DNA of 64,000 nucleotides from the human T2T-CHM13v2.0 reference genome, Homo sapiens. Of this stretch, positions 29,180 to 42,286 are shown one piece after another. Positions within the stretch are counted from its first letter, which is position 1. Each line of letters begins with the position of its first letter. The translations under genes and the position numbers were made by a program. The notes under the pieces were generated by a model that was given only the letters and a program-made list of their open reading frames with translations, did not search any database and was not told the DNA's origin. The DNA is taken from assembly GCF_009914755.1 (NCBI RefSeq), contig NC_060927.1. One strand, 5' to 3'.

Positions 29180-31007
29180 GTAAGAACACTTTACTCAATT
29201 AAGAGGCGATCAAGTGATTCCAGGCCTGCTGCTAAATAATTATGAGATGATATTTGGAAATATGTATTTCTCCTTTACCTCCTGAAGCCACAGGTATGTG
29301 CCTGAGGTTCTCAACAAATGGCTGATTATCTCTCAGAATATTCAGTTGTCTCGTAGCTGGCACTAATAGCTCAGAATAAGCTATATTTAACTTCAGGATC
29401 CATCTGGACTCTTGGCCACTAGTGGTAGGTAATACTAGTTGCCGAATTCAGTTTCTCTGAGCCTGTGAAAACTGCCTGATTTTATTTCAAATTCATTTTG
29501 CATCCTGTGGGATGGATTTGAGATCAGGGCAAAATATTCAACCTTATTTTTGTTAATCTTGCCCCAAATATGATCCAGATTAACCTTTCTTAACACAAAT
29601 TTGCATTTTTTACAAATATCATTTTTAGTGAAATTAAAATCTATGATTATTAACGTTAATATTGTGCAAGTAGCATTTGTAATATAAAGTTTTCAAAAAA
29701 GGAAGATAATTTTATTTACTGGAGACTTATTTTGCCATTTTCAACTTGGAAGCCCAGGACTCAAACAAAAGTATTGTTTGAAAACTGTTGGGGTTGATTA
29801 TTACTTATGCCGGAAGTTTCAAAAAAAATTTTTAGAAAAAAAGAAAGCTGTCTTGTTCTAATAATTTGAAATTTTAACCGTTAAATTATTGCTAAATTTG
29901 CATAAGATTTGCTCTGTAAGACAATACTTTTTATAATTGTTAACATGTAGTTGTTTTACTTATTTGTGCATACTAGGTTAATATATACATAGTCATATTA
30001 ATATATGTTTGTATGTATACATACTTAAATATAAATTTTATTTTTTAAATGCACGATTTAAGATTTTGTCATAAATTGTTATAAATTGTTTTGTGGAGTT
30101 TATGCATTTTGTAAATTTGATGGTGGCAGATGGTGTACATGTGAGTTAATTGAATAGATCTTTCATAGTCTGGCACTTTTTATGCTTTTAGAATTTGGAG
30201 AAGTTAGTCTTTACTGATGAATAGAGAGCTATCGTACTTTAGAAACTATTGAGCAAACATAAAATTTTAAGAACAACTTATTTTTATCCTATGGATTTTC
30301 CTATTATATTTAAACTTGCTCTTTTAGTTTGTTTTTAGAGCTCTCCTCAAGAAACATACTCTTTGTTTTTAACGCTCAATCCTTTTTTATTCTTTGTAGA
30401 AACTAGTGGTCTCCTATTAAGTAAATAGATGTGGGTCTCATTAGAGGGATGCATTCTAAAACAGAAGAGGACAACACTCAGGGAGGGCTGCAATGAGACA
30501 GAGAATCCTGAGATTGTTCCTCATGTGCAGATCTTCACCTGGGGCTGCAGAAGACTGTACAGCTATAGACAAAATAATGATAAGGTACAGATGTCGTGGA
30601 AAGCCAGAACATAGGAGTGAATCCATCCTACAGTCTGAAGGCGGAAACAAAGCCATAAATGGGGTTGGGGGAGAAACCCTGTGGTAAGAATCTGTAGAGA
30701 TGAGGAAAAAATTGTAGGATTTAAGGTAGGTTAGGAACTGGCAGTTCAGAGCAATGCCAGGGTATTAGAAACTCACTCTCGTGTCATCTAAGTTTCCCAA
30801 TATAGGATTGAGTGGACCTCATCATATTAGCCACATTCAAGGAATATATGTATGTTATAGAAGTCAATGGTTACATTAAAATATTAAGTTTGAACACAAG
30901 TTCTAATTTATTTTTATCATTATTTCTTAATAGCAATTAATTCTTTGGGGCTTCAATTACTGACTGTATTCCAAACGGTTACCAACAGTTCACTTCTTTT
31001 ATTGCAG

Positions 31008-31034
31008 AACTTACACCATTTCCAAATAACCAAT
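31008..31034 (+). pseudogene. Exon remnant 15 (27 nt, phase 1-1)
   Basis: cttcttttattgcag|AAC...AAT|gtaaat; ELTPFPNNQ. Confidence 0.6.
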
Positions 31035-33170
31035 GTAAATTTTTACCTCGGATATTATTTTGTTACCCGCAAACAACAAATGTGAATTTAGATTTATCAT
31101 CTTCGTCGGGGACTGAATTTCCCCTGTAATATTGTTTTTTGTTGATTTGTTTGTTTTGTAGTGGCATCCCCTGCCCCTATGTACCTATGTTTGATTTATC
31201 TTTTATTTCCTTCTTTTATACTTAAACCTTAAGGTGGATTGGAAAGTTGATATCAGTGACACAAAGTTTAGTTGATTGGGTACTTTACATTTCTACTTGA
31301 CTTTGTACATTTCTGATTTATATGAACAACAAGCAACTCAGACTAAGCTTCCTTCATTGCCCTAAGAGGTCTACTATATTTCTAGTGATTTTACCTAGGG
31401 GATCTATACATGTACTAACAGTAGAAATTAGAGGTGCAACACTACTGGCCAGAATATAGCAACATCCTAAGTACATTAATAATGTGTAAAGTGCCCAGCA
31501 TGTAAGGCACAAATAAAAATAGGGAATGTCATTTTATTAAATTATCAGAAGTTATGGGTCACATTCAAACAGAAATATTCTAAGAAATTCAATTCTAAGA
31601 AATTCAACTTACTTTTAATGTCAATGTTTCTGAAATTGGTAAACATCATTGACGTCAAAAAGCCTTCTATGCATGAAATAAATTATACTTGTCATTTCTG
31701 AGCTTATGGTAACATGGTCAAGAATTAAAGGTATATTCATCTGACTTCTGTTTCATCAGGCTGCTATTTGAGAAGGGTTATTTGCCTTAGTACCATCAGC
31801 AGTGGTTGAATTTTATATTTGGTTCTGCATTTGTCATTTAAAATGTCCACAAAAAGATAACCCCCTTAAGGAGCATTAGAACTAGAAGTTACTGTGAACC
31901 TAGATGATCGCCTGTTTTTTGCCATCTAGCATAATGAAGGTCGTAGTATTGCCAAAGTTTTTGGAATTCACTGTAGTTTTTTCAAAACTAGATAAAAACT
32001 CTGACCAATTTTTGAGTCCTGGGGGACTATCACTTCAGCCATAAACACAAACAAGTTAACTAGAATTTAACGAAATAGTAAATGGAGAAAAAAATTCTAG
32101 AATTACCTGATTTGTTTCTAAATTATACTGTTGCTCCTAAAAATGTTAAGAAATTAGGGTCGTGAGCACTGTTGGTCACTATGATGATATGCTTACCCAC
32201 TGATGGTCAAAATTTATCAGAAGAATTTTTAGATTTGGACTATGTCATGGCTTAGATGCTGATACTGATGAATAAAGTGACATGCAATTTTATGGATAAA
32301 TGAATGTTACTGTTAAGTAGTTTTTAAATATGTACATTTTAATATAATGTATTTCCTCAAAATGCTATTCTCAATTTGATGATATGCCTTGAAAATCAAT
32401 ACTGTTTTAGGAAGAAGGAAATGTGGTAAATTAATGGTGTCATTAGAAGAACGGAGGTTGCCATAGAACCTCATTTGCTTTACTCTTAGGATGTAACTTT
32501 TAAATTTATTCTTATTTGAATTTTCTTATCTTCCATACTGAACAGGAAGCTTATTGAATGAACAAACCATGAGTACAATTAGCATATACCTAAATTGATT
32601 TGCAGTGAAAAGGTGCTTCATAAATTCTTGTTTGCCTGAAGAAATTAGGAGGCAAAGGAGCATCAAAACAAAAGGGAAAATAAGAATTAAAGTGAGATGC
32701 TGTATCAGAGGCCAAGGAAAGATGCTGGTCTGCCTAATCTGACTTTCTGACACTGAGAGGCAAACCTCCAAAATTTCCACCTATCTACATACATTCATTC
32801 ACTCACTCACCCAGTCTCTATACATTAGGAAGTCATTGCTTTGTGTTAACCCTTGGTTTTGAAAAAGAATGCAAAATTAAATGAAGAATAAACTCTGTTT
32901 AAAAGGGAGGGTTTGTTTGACAGGCATATGTATAAACACTGGAAATTATGAGAGTACAGAGGGTTTCCAATTTTCCACATACAGAAAGAGTACTAAAAAA
33001 TGGTGGTGTGTTCAGAGTAATGGCAAACTTAATTTAATTTCATGCCTTCAAGCAATATTACTTTATTTATTGAGAATTTTAACACAAAGCAATCATTTGT
33101 ATATCACGGATACCCAGAAAGAATAAATATTGTGGTTCTAATTCCTACACTTTGATTTATTAGTCTTTAG

Positions 33171-33245
33171 TTTATTTGAATGTCATGTCACAGAGTACAG
33201 CTAATAAAAGCATGAACATTTGTCTTTGAGCAAGTTTGATCTGAG
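33171..33245 (+). pseudogene. Exon remnant 16 (75 nt, one frameshift)
   Basis: ttattagtctttag|TTT; consensus donor GAG|gtgagt; FYLNVMSQSTANKSM/TFVFEQV*SE, like the last PH strand. Confidence 0.6.
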
Positions 33246-33357
33246 GTGAGTAACATTAAACAATAGCCTATTGACAAGCAATTAAACACCACTTCTTTTC
33301 TTAGGAGTGTTTTGAATTACATTTGTTCTAACTAGTGGCAGCATCTTTTGTGTTTAG

Positions 33358-33441
33358 AATTCCAATATAATCTTAGATGAGAAGAATCTTTTAATTAGAT
33401 TTTCAATAGAATCGGCCAAGACCCACTGCTCACCATCTTGA
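33358..33441 (+). pseudogene. Exon remnant 17, terminal coding segment
   Basis: cttttgtgtttag|AAT; NSNIILDEKNLLIRFSIESAKTHCSPS*, like the PH C-terminal helix; AATAAA downstream at 33776 and 33903. Confidence 0.6.
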
Positions 33442-35319
33442 CTCTTTGTCTTCATTGATTTGGACCAAAACAAAACAAAGATAAATAGCAAAATTCATTA
33501 TCAATGTTTATTTCAACTGTCTATTGTCATTTCCTCAGGGTATACAACACAGTTTTCCGCAGACAGAATGCTGTGTTTCTTACTTTTAGCTTTAGAGCTG
33601 TATATTCAACAATTCTGTGTCATGGAAGAACCTAGCTGAGGCAAAAAAAAGAAAAAGGTAATTTTCTTCTTCCATTTACACGTAAAATGTTTATTTGAAG
33701 AATAAGAAATAAGCAAAGAGACAGCAGAAGGAAATTGTGTTTCTTTCAGCAAGTAAAAAGAAAGGCAAAACCCAAAATAAATAATATGTAATTATTTTTT
33801 ATCTGACTATTTTTTGGCATTTGTTTCTGCATTTCTAAATAATGGAACTATAATACATTTTCACTATTGGTCAATTTTAGGTATCATTTACTTACTACCT
33901 ATAATAAAAGTTAAAATTGTAGCTATGAAAGGACCCCTTTAATGCTAAAAATATCACAGGAAATATTTGCATTACCTAAGTCAATACGTAAGTCAGCCAG
34001 GAAAAACATTTACAAGACAAAGTTGATCATGATACTCTCTTGTAAGTGAAGATGCTATTATTTTATAACCTAGATGTGAGGATCTGAAAGTTGTTAAATA
34101 AAGGCTCCATATGAGCTCTTGTACTCTGTAAAATGTCCTCTTAAGTTAGCTTTAGCTAAACTAACATACTGCCAGGGAACAGTGTTAATGTGTTTAATTA
34201 CCAAGCTCTTTCCAAGAAAGCCTTGTCACTTGTTCACTGGTCTTATTGCCACTTTCTGTCTTCACTCTACTTCTACCTTTCCACAAACACATCAGTACAG
34301 ATATTTGCATGTTTTGCACTTCTCCACAGTTTGTACTAGTTTCTAGAAGAAATTTTTTACTGTCAATTAAGGCAATGCTTTATTCACATGTGGCTGCCAC
34401 TAGAGAAATGTCTTAAATTAACAAAGAAATAAATCCATTAAAAAAAATGTTTCTCTGTTGCCTGTGCCTTTTGTGAAACCCCAATTCACATGCTCACTAA
34501 CTTTTAAAATCATATAAAATTTTAAGAGCAAAAGAATTTTATTACAGTGTGATGCAGGGTTAACCATTTTGAAATGATACTTATACTGCCCAAATTATAC
34601 CTGGTCATCCAAGTAGAAACTAACAATGATTGGGTAATAAACAGATGGAAACCAGGTTGCTAAGGAAAAGGAACAGGAAATGAACTCCCTAATTAGATAA
34701 CCAAGGTTTTGTCTACATAATGCCAAAATAACTAATTTAATATTTTGAATCAGTTAGATTGGGTTTTATCATGTAAGCAAAACAGAGAACTGATTCCCTG
34801 ATGCTTTCGTTCTATCTTCAGTTGTTTGTGGCATTATAGAGACAACACTTACGTATGTTTCAAGCTACTTTACCTTTGTATTTCAGGCCACATTTCCTAG
34901 GGAGACTGTCTAAGGGAAAATGATTTTCTCTTTAGTTATGAGACAAAGCCTATACCTACAAATTAGTTTGATCACTTTGGTTGAGTTTACTAGTAAAGAG
35001 CCCTCCTAAATAGTTTACATGATATGTGTCTACACGTGTGTATCTGATTTGCCAAAATTGAAATATTTTGTACATGGCAAATACGTTCTTTAAATGTGTA
35101 AGCAAATAGGTTTATTTTAGTCAACAATTGATGACAGGATAGAAAAATAACCAGAAATGTGGATCCAGCTCTTATCATAGAAACTTTGTACTCCTGTAGA
35201 TTCCATGACATCCTCACCTCCTGGTTTATCTTTGACCTTTCTTTTGGAATTTCTAAGGGTAGGCATTGAAGTCTTCCATTAGTCCTTGAAAACTCAGTCA
35301 TTACTCCTTTAAGTATTGT

Positions 35320-36480
35320 CTCCCCTTTATTATCTCTCTCTCTCTCTCCTTCTGGGACTCCAATTAGTTACATACTAGGCCTCCCGACATGTTCTCCCAG
35401 TCTCTTAGCCTCTTTCTCATATTTTCTATCTCCTTATCCCTCTATGCTGCATTCTGATTAATTTCCTCAGATGTATCTTCGAGGTAATTAGTTTTTTTTT
35501 CATCCATATTGGTTGAATCTACCATTAAATCTATTTATTCAGGATTATTTATAATTTTTAGTTTTTATTTTTATCTAATTAATAAGTGTGAATTAAAAAA
35601 TCAAATGATTCTACAAACTATGCAATTCTTAGAACCTCTCTCCTTTTATTTCTTCATCCTGAGAAATAATTTTTTTGTTCTTTTATCTGATTATTTTGGC
35701 GTTTGTCTCAGCATTTCTAAATAATAGGACTATAATACATTTTTATTATTGGTCACTTTTAGGTATCATTTACTGACTTCCTATAATAACAGTTAAAATT
35801 TAGTTATTAAAGTATCATTTTAATGTGGAAACTCATAAACTTCAGTTGTGGGCACTATTCTGAAATTATTTAAATGATTACTTCCTCTCAATTTTCTCTG
35901 TTCTCTCTTTTTAGAACTTCCATCTGGAAGTTATATCTCCAGCATTCATTTTCTAATACTTTTTACACTTATTATTTTTTGCTTTACTTTCTGGAACATT
36001 TTCTTGACTCTATCTTTTAGCACTTCTCCAAAGTTTTTCATTACTGCTATTATATTTTTAATTACTGAGATCTTTTTATTCCCTTAAGTATTCCTTTTTA
36101 TAGCACTGTGTTCTTACTTTATGGTTTGCCATCTTTCCTTTTTTCTTTAAGGATACTAATTGTTGTATTAAAGAGTTTTATTTCCATGTATCCTCTCTAC
36201 AGCCTGCAAAGCACTTGTTCTTATACGTTTTCTTTCATCTCTATATCTCTTGTTAGAGGTTTCCCCTAGATGTGTGCTCATTTGTTGTTGTCTGCACATG
36301 ATTAAGAGTAGTGGAATCCTCTGAGGCCTGTTGACAATAAGCCTCATTGTAGGATGATGTGGCTGGAGCTTTCATTTGGCAAACTTCTGATATCAGAATC
36401 TTAGGTCTTTCATTTGAGGCTGTCATATTTCCACATTTGTCTGGAGAGTAAAGACCTAATTGACAGCATTCTTAGAGCCA
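35320..36480 (-). mobile_element. Old L1/HAL1-like fragments
   Basis: 'ctccttctgggactccaatta' and related ORF1-region motifs; approximate limits. Confidence 0.55.
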
Positions 36481-36527
36481 GTTAGGGTAAGAGAGGTAGA
36501 GTTTTTGGTGGGGGAGTTAGAAGGGGC

Positions 36528-37335
36528 TTCTTCACTTTGTTGCTTATTTCCTTTGCTGTGCAGAAGCTTTTTAACTCAATGCGATCCCATTTATCCTTTT
36601 TTCTTTGGCTGCCTATGCTTGTGGGTATTGCTCAAGAAATTTTTGCCCAATGTCTTGAATATTTTCTCCATTGTTTTCTTGTAATAATTTCATAGTCTGA
36701 GGTCTTAGATTTAAGTCTTTAACTCATTTTTGATTTGACTTTTGTATATGGTAAGAAATAGGGGTCTAGCTTCATTCTTTTAAATGTGGATGTCCCGTTT
36801 TCCCAGCACCATTTATTGAAAATACTGTTCTTTCTCCAGTATATGTTCCTGGCAACTTTGTCAGAAAGGAGTTCACTGTAGATGTATGGATTTGTTTCTG
36901 GGATCTCTGTTCTATTTCATTGGTCTATGTGTGTATTTTATGCCAGTAACAAGCTGTTTTAGTTATAATAGATAGCTCTGTATTAAAATTTGAAGCCAGG
37001 TAATATGATTCCTCCAGTTTTGTTCTTTTTCCAGCTTTGGTTATTCTGAGTCTTTTGTGGCTCCATATAAAATTTAAGATTGTTTATGTCTGTGAAGGAT
37101 GCCGTTGGTATTTTGACAGGGATTGAATTGAATCTATAGATTGCCTTTAGTAGTACGGACATTTTAACAATATTGAATCTTCCAATTCATGAACATGGAA
37201 TATCTTTCCAGTTTTTGTGTGTCCTCTTCAGTTTCCTGAATTAATGTTTTATAGTTTTTATTGTAGATATATTTCGCTTCTTGGGTTAGGTTTATTCCTA
37301 GGTTTTTTTTCATCTGTAGCTATTGCAAATGAGAT
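36528..37335 (-). mobile_element. L1MA-type ORF2 fragment
   Basis: 'tttgctgtgcagaagcttttt', 'tcccagcaccatttattgaa', 'catgaacatggaatatctttcca'. Confidence 0.85.
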
Positions 37336-37339
37336 TAAA

Positions 37340-37741
37340 TGGCACATATACACTATGGAATACTATGCAGCCATAAAAAAGAATGAGTTCATATCCTTTT
37401 CAGGGACATGGATGGAGCTGGAAACCATCATTCTCAGCAAACTAACACAGGAACAGAAAACCAAACATCACATGTTCTCACTCATGAGAGTTGAACAAGG
37501 AGAACACATGGACACAGGGAAGGTAACATCACACACCAGGGCCTGTTGGGGGGTGGGGGCAAGGTGGGGGAAACCATTAGGACAAATACCTAATGCATGT
37601 GGGGCTTAAAACCTAGATTACAGGTTGACAGGTGACAGGTTGACAGGTGAAACAAACCACCATGGCACACATATACCTATGTAACAAACCTGCACATTCT
37701 GCGCATGTATCCCAGAACTTAAAGTAAAAAAAAAAAAAAAA
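37340..37741 (+). mobile_element. 5'-truncated L1PA 3' end with poly(A)
   Basis: 'ggaatactatgcagccataaaaaagaatgag...cccagaacttaaagt' followed by an A run. Confidence 0.92.
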
Positions 37742-38119
37742 GATTTAAAAATTATCTAGCATTGTAGGTTGCTTTCAAGTCAGAGGATCAATCATGATAT
37801 CTAACCAGTTAATTATTTTCTTACCTTTGCTGTTTTCTCTTAAAGATATGAGATGTAAAGATGCCAGTTTTCCTTTCTCTTATTGTTTTCTCCCCTTTCC
37901 AGGAATATTATCCATATCAATAAGCTTTCCAAGTATATATGTTCATAAGGACTTCCAGTTATGTGTCTGTAGCTCGGATCTTGTAATTCAGCTCCAGTCC
38001 ATCTCTTCCAGGGTGTCCAGGACATTTTTATTTAGTCCTCTTAATAACATCAAACAGGAGAAGATTTTGTGTTGATGCTATTGTTTATTGTCTTGTATTT
38101 ATTTTTTATTTTTCCCAGA

Positions 38120-38895
38120 AAGAGTTCCTCTTTCTGCGTTCCTTGTCTCGGATAATCTACCCAGTTTCAAAAACCAGACTCACTGTAGGCCTAGTGAATT
38201 TTACTTTTTCCTTCAATATCCACATTCAATTAATCACTAAATCCTGATGATTCTACCTTCTTATTAGCCCTCCTTTCTTTTGCTTATCTCTCCATTTCTT
38301 TAGCCACATTTTGAAAAGCCAATTAAATTTTATTAGCTGCCTTTCCTTTTCTTATCTAAATTTTCACCATCTCTTCCTTCATGAAGCTGACAGGTGCAAA
38401 CTTTATAAAGTACGTACTTAGTATTCTTTTTTTTAAAATTATTAAAGGCTTTCCTGTGGCTTCCAATTACCTTCAAAGAAAACCCTGCCTTTTTTTTTAG
38501 AATGGTACTCAAAATACTCTTTAATGTGGCTTTGACATTTTAGTCTCATATTCTTAAAATATAGATGTTCTAAGTTCTAGTGATAGTAAACCATCTACAT
38601 TTTTTCATATCCGCATCTTTGTTCACACATTTGCATGCTTCTGTATGCCCCCCTACCCATACAACTCTTGGCATTCCTTGACAAGGTTCTTCCTCTTCTT
38701 TCTGCTGCTACTGAACTGTGTTATGTTCCTCTATTGATTCAACTATTGCACTGTAATTGTTTGCTTAAAATTTTTCCTCATCTATTCAAATACAAACTAC
38801 TTGGACTATACCTTTTTTTTCCTTTATTTTTTTTCTCATGAAGTTCCTGACACATAGCAGGCACTCAATAAATTTTGAATTTATGAATGAATGAA
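38120..38895 (+). mobile_element. L2 with 3' terminus
   Basis: Ends 'gacacatagcaggcactcaataaa...atgaatgaatgaat'. Confidence 0.7.
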
Positions 38896-39064
38896 TTTAT
38901 TAGAAAGTTTGGAACAGAACTATGTCTCCAGACTTTTCATTTTGCTTTTAACTGTGTAATGTGAACCAAATTTAATAAAAAAGAATCACTTTTTTATAGA
39001 AATGCTTTCCATGTCCTAAAAATTACAACGCTCTTTTGGAAAGTTCTGATCTCACAATATCATA

Positions 39065-39420
39065 ACCTCATGGCTGGAAGGGAGCCTAGATAGGGCATTT
39101 AACCCTCCCTTCTAACCAGACTGGGAGTTACTGCTCAATTTTTCTGACATGTGTTTTTCCAGATTGTATTTGGATAACTTCAGGCATTGTGAAAATGAGG
39201 AAACCATGGAGCTTGTTCTTTCTATCTTTGTAAAATGATGACCATGCAAAAGGTCTCTTTTTACACTAAATCTGAATCTCTCTCTACAAGTTTCACACAC
39301 TGACCTTAGGAAAACCCCAAAGGCAAAACACAACACATTTATGACCTCTTCCATAAAACAATCTTCAAGAATTTGAAGACAGGTTATGTTCCTTACCAAG
39401 TCTTCTCTATCTCAGCTTAA
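39065..39420 (-). mobile_element. L3/CR1 3' fragment
   Basis: Minus-strand translation (ORF 39112..39399, ..RFRFSVKRDLL..) resembles the CR1 ORF2 C-terminus. Confidence 0.6.
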
Positions 39421-39755
39421 AATATACAAAATGCTTTCAATTTCCTTCATAGCATCTCCTTATGCTTTTCCCCACTACCTCTCTTTTTGAATCTACAAGG
39501 ACACTCTATTAAATGGAACTCAAGCTTCTTGGCTGATTTAAATGGAATTAACTGGATTCTCACATTACTATTTCTAAATTAGGTTTTATTATGATAAAAG
39601 CTCATTCTCTCTATATTTATCATATTGTTATTTTTATCCTATAAAACTAATTACCTTATTATTATATAAATTAAAACAACATAGAGTTGTAAACATAATG
39701 TATGTGCTTCATAATTCTAGCTTCTGGGCATTACCATTGTTAATAGTTTTGTATA

Positions 39756-40951
39756 TGATCATATACCACATGACAACAATTTTGTCAAAGAAGGACTGCA
39801 TATACTATGGTGATCTCATAAGATTATAATGGAGCTGAAAAATTTCCATCACCTAGTGAGGTCGTGGTCATCATAATATTGTAGCGAAATGCATTATTTA
39901 CATATTTGTGGTGATGCTACTGTAAGCAAACCTACTGTATAGCCAGTTATAAAGTCCTGGCACATGCAATTATGTACATTACATTATACTTGATAATGAT
40001 AATAAATCACTAAGATAATGGTTTATGTATTTACTATACTATCTGTTATTATTTTAGAGTGCATGCCTACTTATAAAAATGTTAACTGTAAAACATCCTC
40101 AGGTAGGTCCTTTTAGGAGGTCTTGTTATCATAGGAGATGACGGTTCCATTTGTGTTATTGCCCCTGAAGACAATCAGGACAAGATGTGGAGGTGGAAGA
40201 CAGTGATGTTAATGCTCCTGACACCTGGTAGGCTTAGTATAACTTCTATGTGTATGTCTTAGTTCTTAAGAAAATAGTTTAAAAGGCAAAAATAGAATTA
40301 AAAAGTATAAAAATAGGAAAAAACTTATAGGATAAGAATATAAAGAAAAAATATTCTTATATAGCTAGCTGTACAATATGTTTGTGTTTTAAGCTATGTG
40401 TTATTACAGAAAAGTCAAAAAGTTTGGAAACGTAAAAACTCTATAAAGCAAAAAGTTACAATAAGCCAATATTAATTTATTATTGAAGAAAGACAAACTT
40501 TTTAATAAACTTAGTGTATCCTATGTGTACAGTGTTGATTAAGTTTACAGTAGTGTAATGTCCCAGGCTTTTACATTCTCTCACCTCTCAATCATTGGCT
40601 CACCCAGGGCAACTTCCAGTCCTGCAAGCTCTGTTCATGGTAAGCATGCTATACAGGTGTATCATTTTTAATCTTTTATCTGGTATTTTACTGTATCTTT
40701 TCTATGATTAGATATGTGTAGATACACAGATACTTACCATTGTGTTATAATTGCCTACAGTATTCAGTATAGTAGTATTCTGTACAGGTTTATACCCTAG
40801 GAACAGTGGGCTATACTATATAGCCTAGCTGTGCAGTAGGCTGCATTATCTCAGTTTGTGTAAATACACTGCCTGATGTTTGCACAAAGAAAAAATATCC
40901 TAATGATGCATTTCTCAGAATATATCCCCATTGTCAAGTCATGCATGACTA
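39756..40951. mobile_element. Tigger3(b)-like DNA transposon
   Basis: About 1.2 kb; 'cataagattataatggagctgaaaaatt...gcatttctcagaa...gcatgact' with degenerate TIRs. Confidence 0.85.
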
Positions 40952-42136
40952 TATGATTTGTCCAGACACTTCATAGTATATATGTATTTAGTTATGAATA
41001 CTATATATAGAGTTTGTATTTTACCAAAATATTACAAAAATTGGATCACTCTATAGCATTCTGTAACTTGTTATTTTCACTTAACATTATGTTTAAACTT
41101 TTGTTATATATTTTGGTTACCTTTGCATAACAGTATATGTACCACTAGTCAATTCTTTTTAAAAGCTGCATAATATACTACTCTTAAAGTGCATTGTCAC
41201 TTATTTAGCTAATTTATTGATGCTATTTTCAATTATTAAAATCATAAACAATCCAATAAAAGTTATTGGGCATTTTCAATCTGCACAACATTGTGCCAAC
41301 CACTGGAGCTAAGATGAATACAATAATCTCTGTCACTAGGGAGTTTCTGATCTACTGGAATAGAGCAATGAATTAATCAATATAATGCAATATAAATGCT
41401 GTCTCAGAAATATGCACATAGACACAGAGGACACAGACACTTGGAGAATTCAGGTAAAAGTTGGTATATTTATGTTGCATATTGAAACATTAAGTAAACA
41501 GTCACCACGGAGGAAAGCTATTTCAGGTTGCTGGTTTGCATGTTTAAATTCATACTGTTATGCAAAACTACCGTGTCTTTGCAGAACTGCAAGTAGTTCA
41601 ATGTGTTATCTATGGCAGAATCATGTAGAAGATGACACTGGTGAAGTAGGTGAGGGCTAGCTGATGAGGTGCCTGTTGTGTCTCAGGCCAACAGATACTT
41701 TGGTTCTTATAGGCAACAGGGAGCCAGGTTAAATAAGGGAAGAAAACAAGGGAAGGTATAAAATGCAGCATTGCCAGCTGGAAATAACTCTTCTTAAAGA
41801 AAATTCTGTAAGCAGTAATGTTTTGCCTGGTTTCCCTTACTTGGGCATAGCAGATGACATCAGTGCCCTGAGTATATCACCTTTGTTATTATTAGTTTAG
41901 AGTGTCTGTGTATCAGTTAAAGTGTAGGATCACCTCCTAACTAAATTATTTTTACTTGAATTCTTGCTTCAGTGTCTCTTTCTAAAGGGACCTCAAACTA
42001 AGGTACTGGTCAATAAAATCTTGGTCAAAATAGTCTAGGTTATTTGCCAATTTAGTTACCTACTTATTAATTCATAGAAACACCAAATAAAGTATTTTGT
42101 TTGTTTGTTTGTTTTTGCTCCAGGCTTGAAAGAAAA

Positions 42137-42286
42137 GGTCAAGTGTGGTGGCTCATACCTGTAATCCCAACATGTTGGGGGGCAGAGGCGAGAGGACCAC
42201 TTGAGACCAGGAGTTTGAGACCAGCCTGGGCAACATAGCAAGGACCTGTGCCTACAAAGAAACAAAATAAATAAATGAATAAAAAG
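42137..42286 (+). mobile_element. FLAM_C / free left Alu monomer
   Basis: Single left monomer with A-rich tail. Confidence 0.8.

Noticed and set aside
30400-30687. Acceptor-like site and overlapping small ORFs near 30.4-30.7 kb
   Set aside because: They do not fit the exon phase chain, show no domain-like content and probably derive from a decayed repeat.
33539-33657. AG/GT-bounded segment after exon 17
   Set aside because: All three frames contain a stop, and the chain already terminates at 33441. At most it is a UTR or alternative exon.
36528-37741. Twin-primed (5'-inverted) single L1 insertion
   Set aside because: The minus piece looks L1MA-aged and the plus piece L1PA-aged, with a large gap in consensus position. 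Two independent insertions is the simpler explanation.
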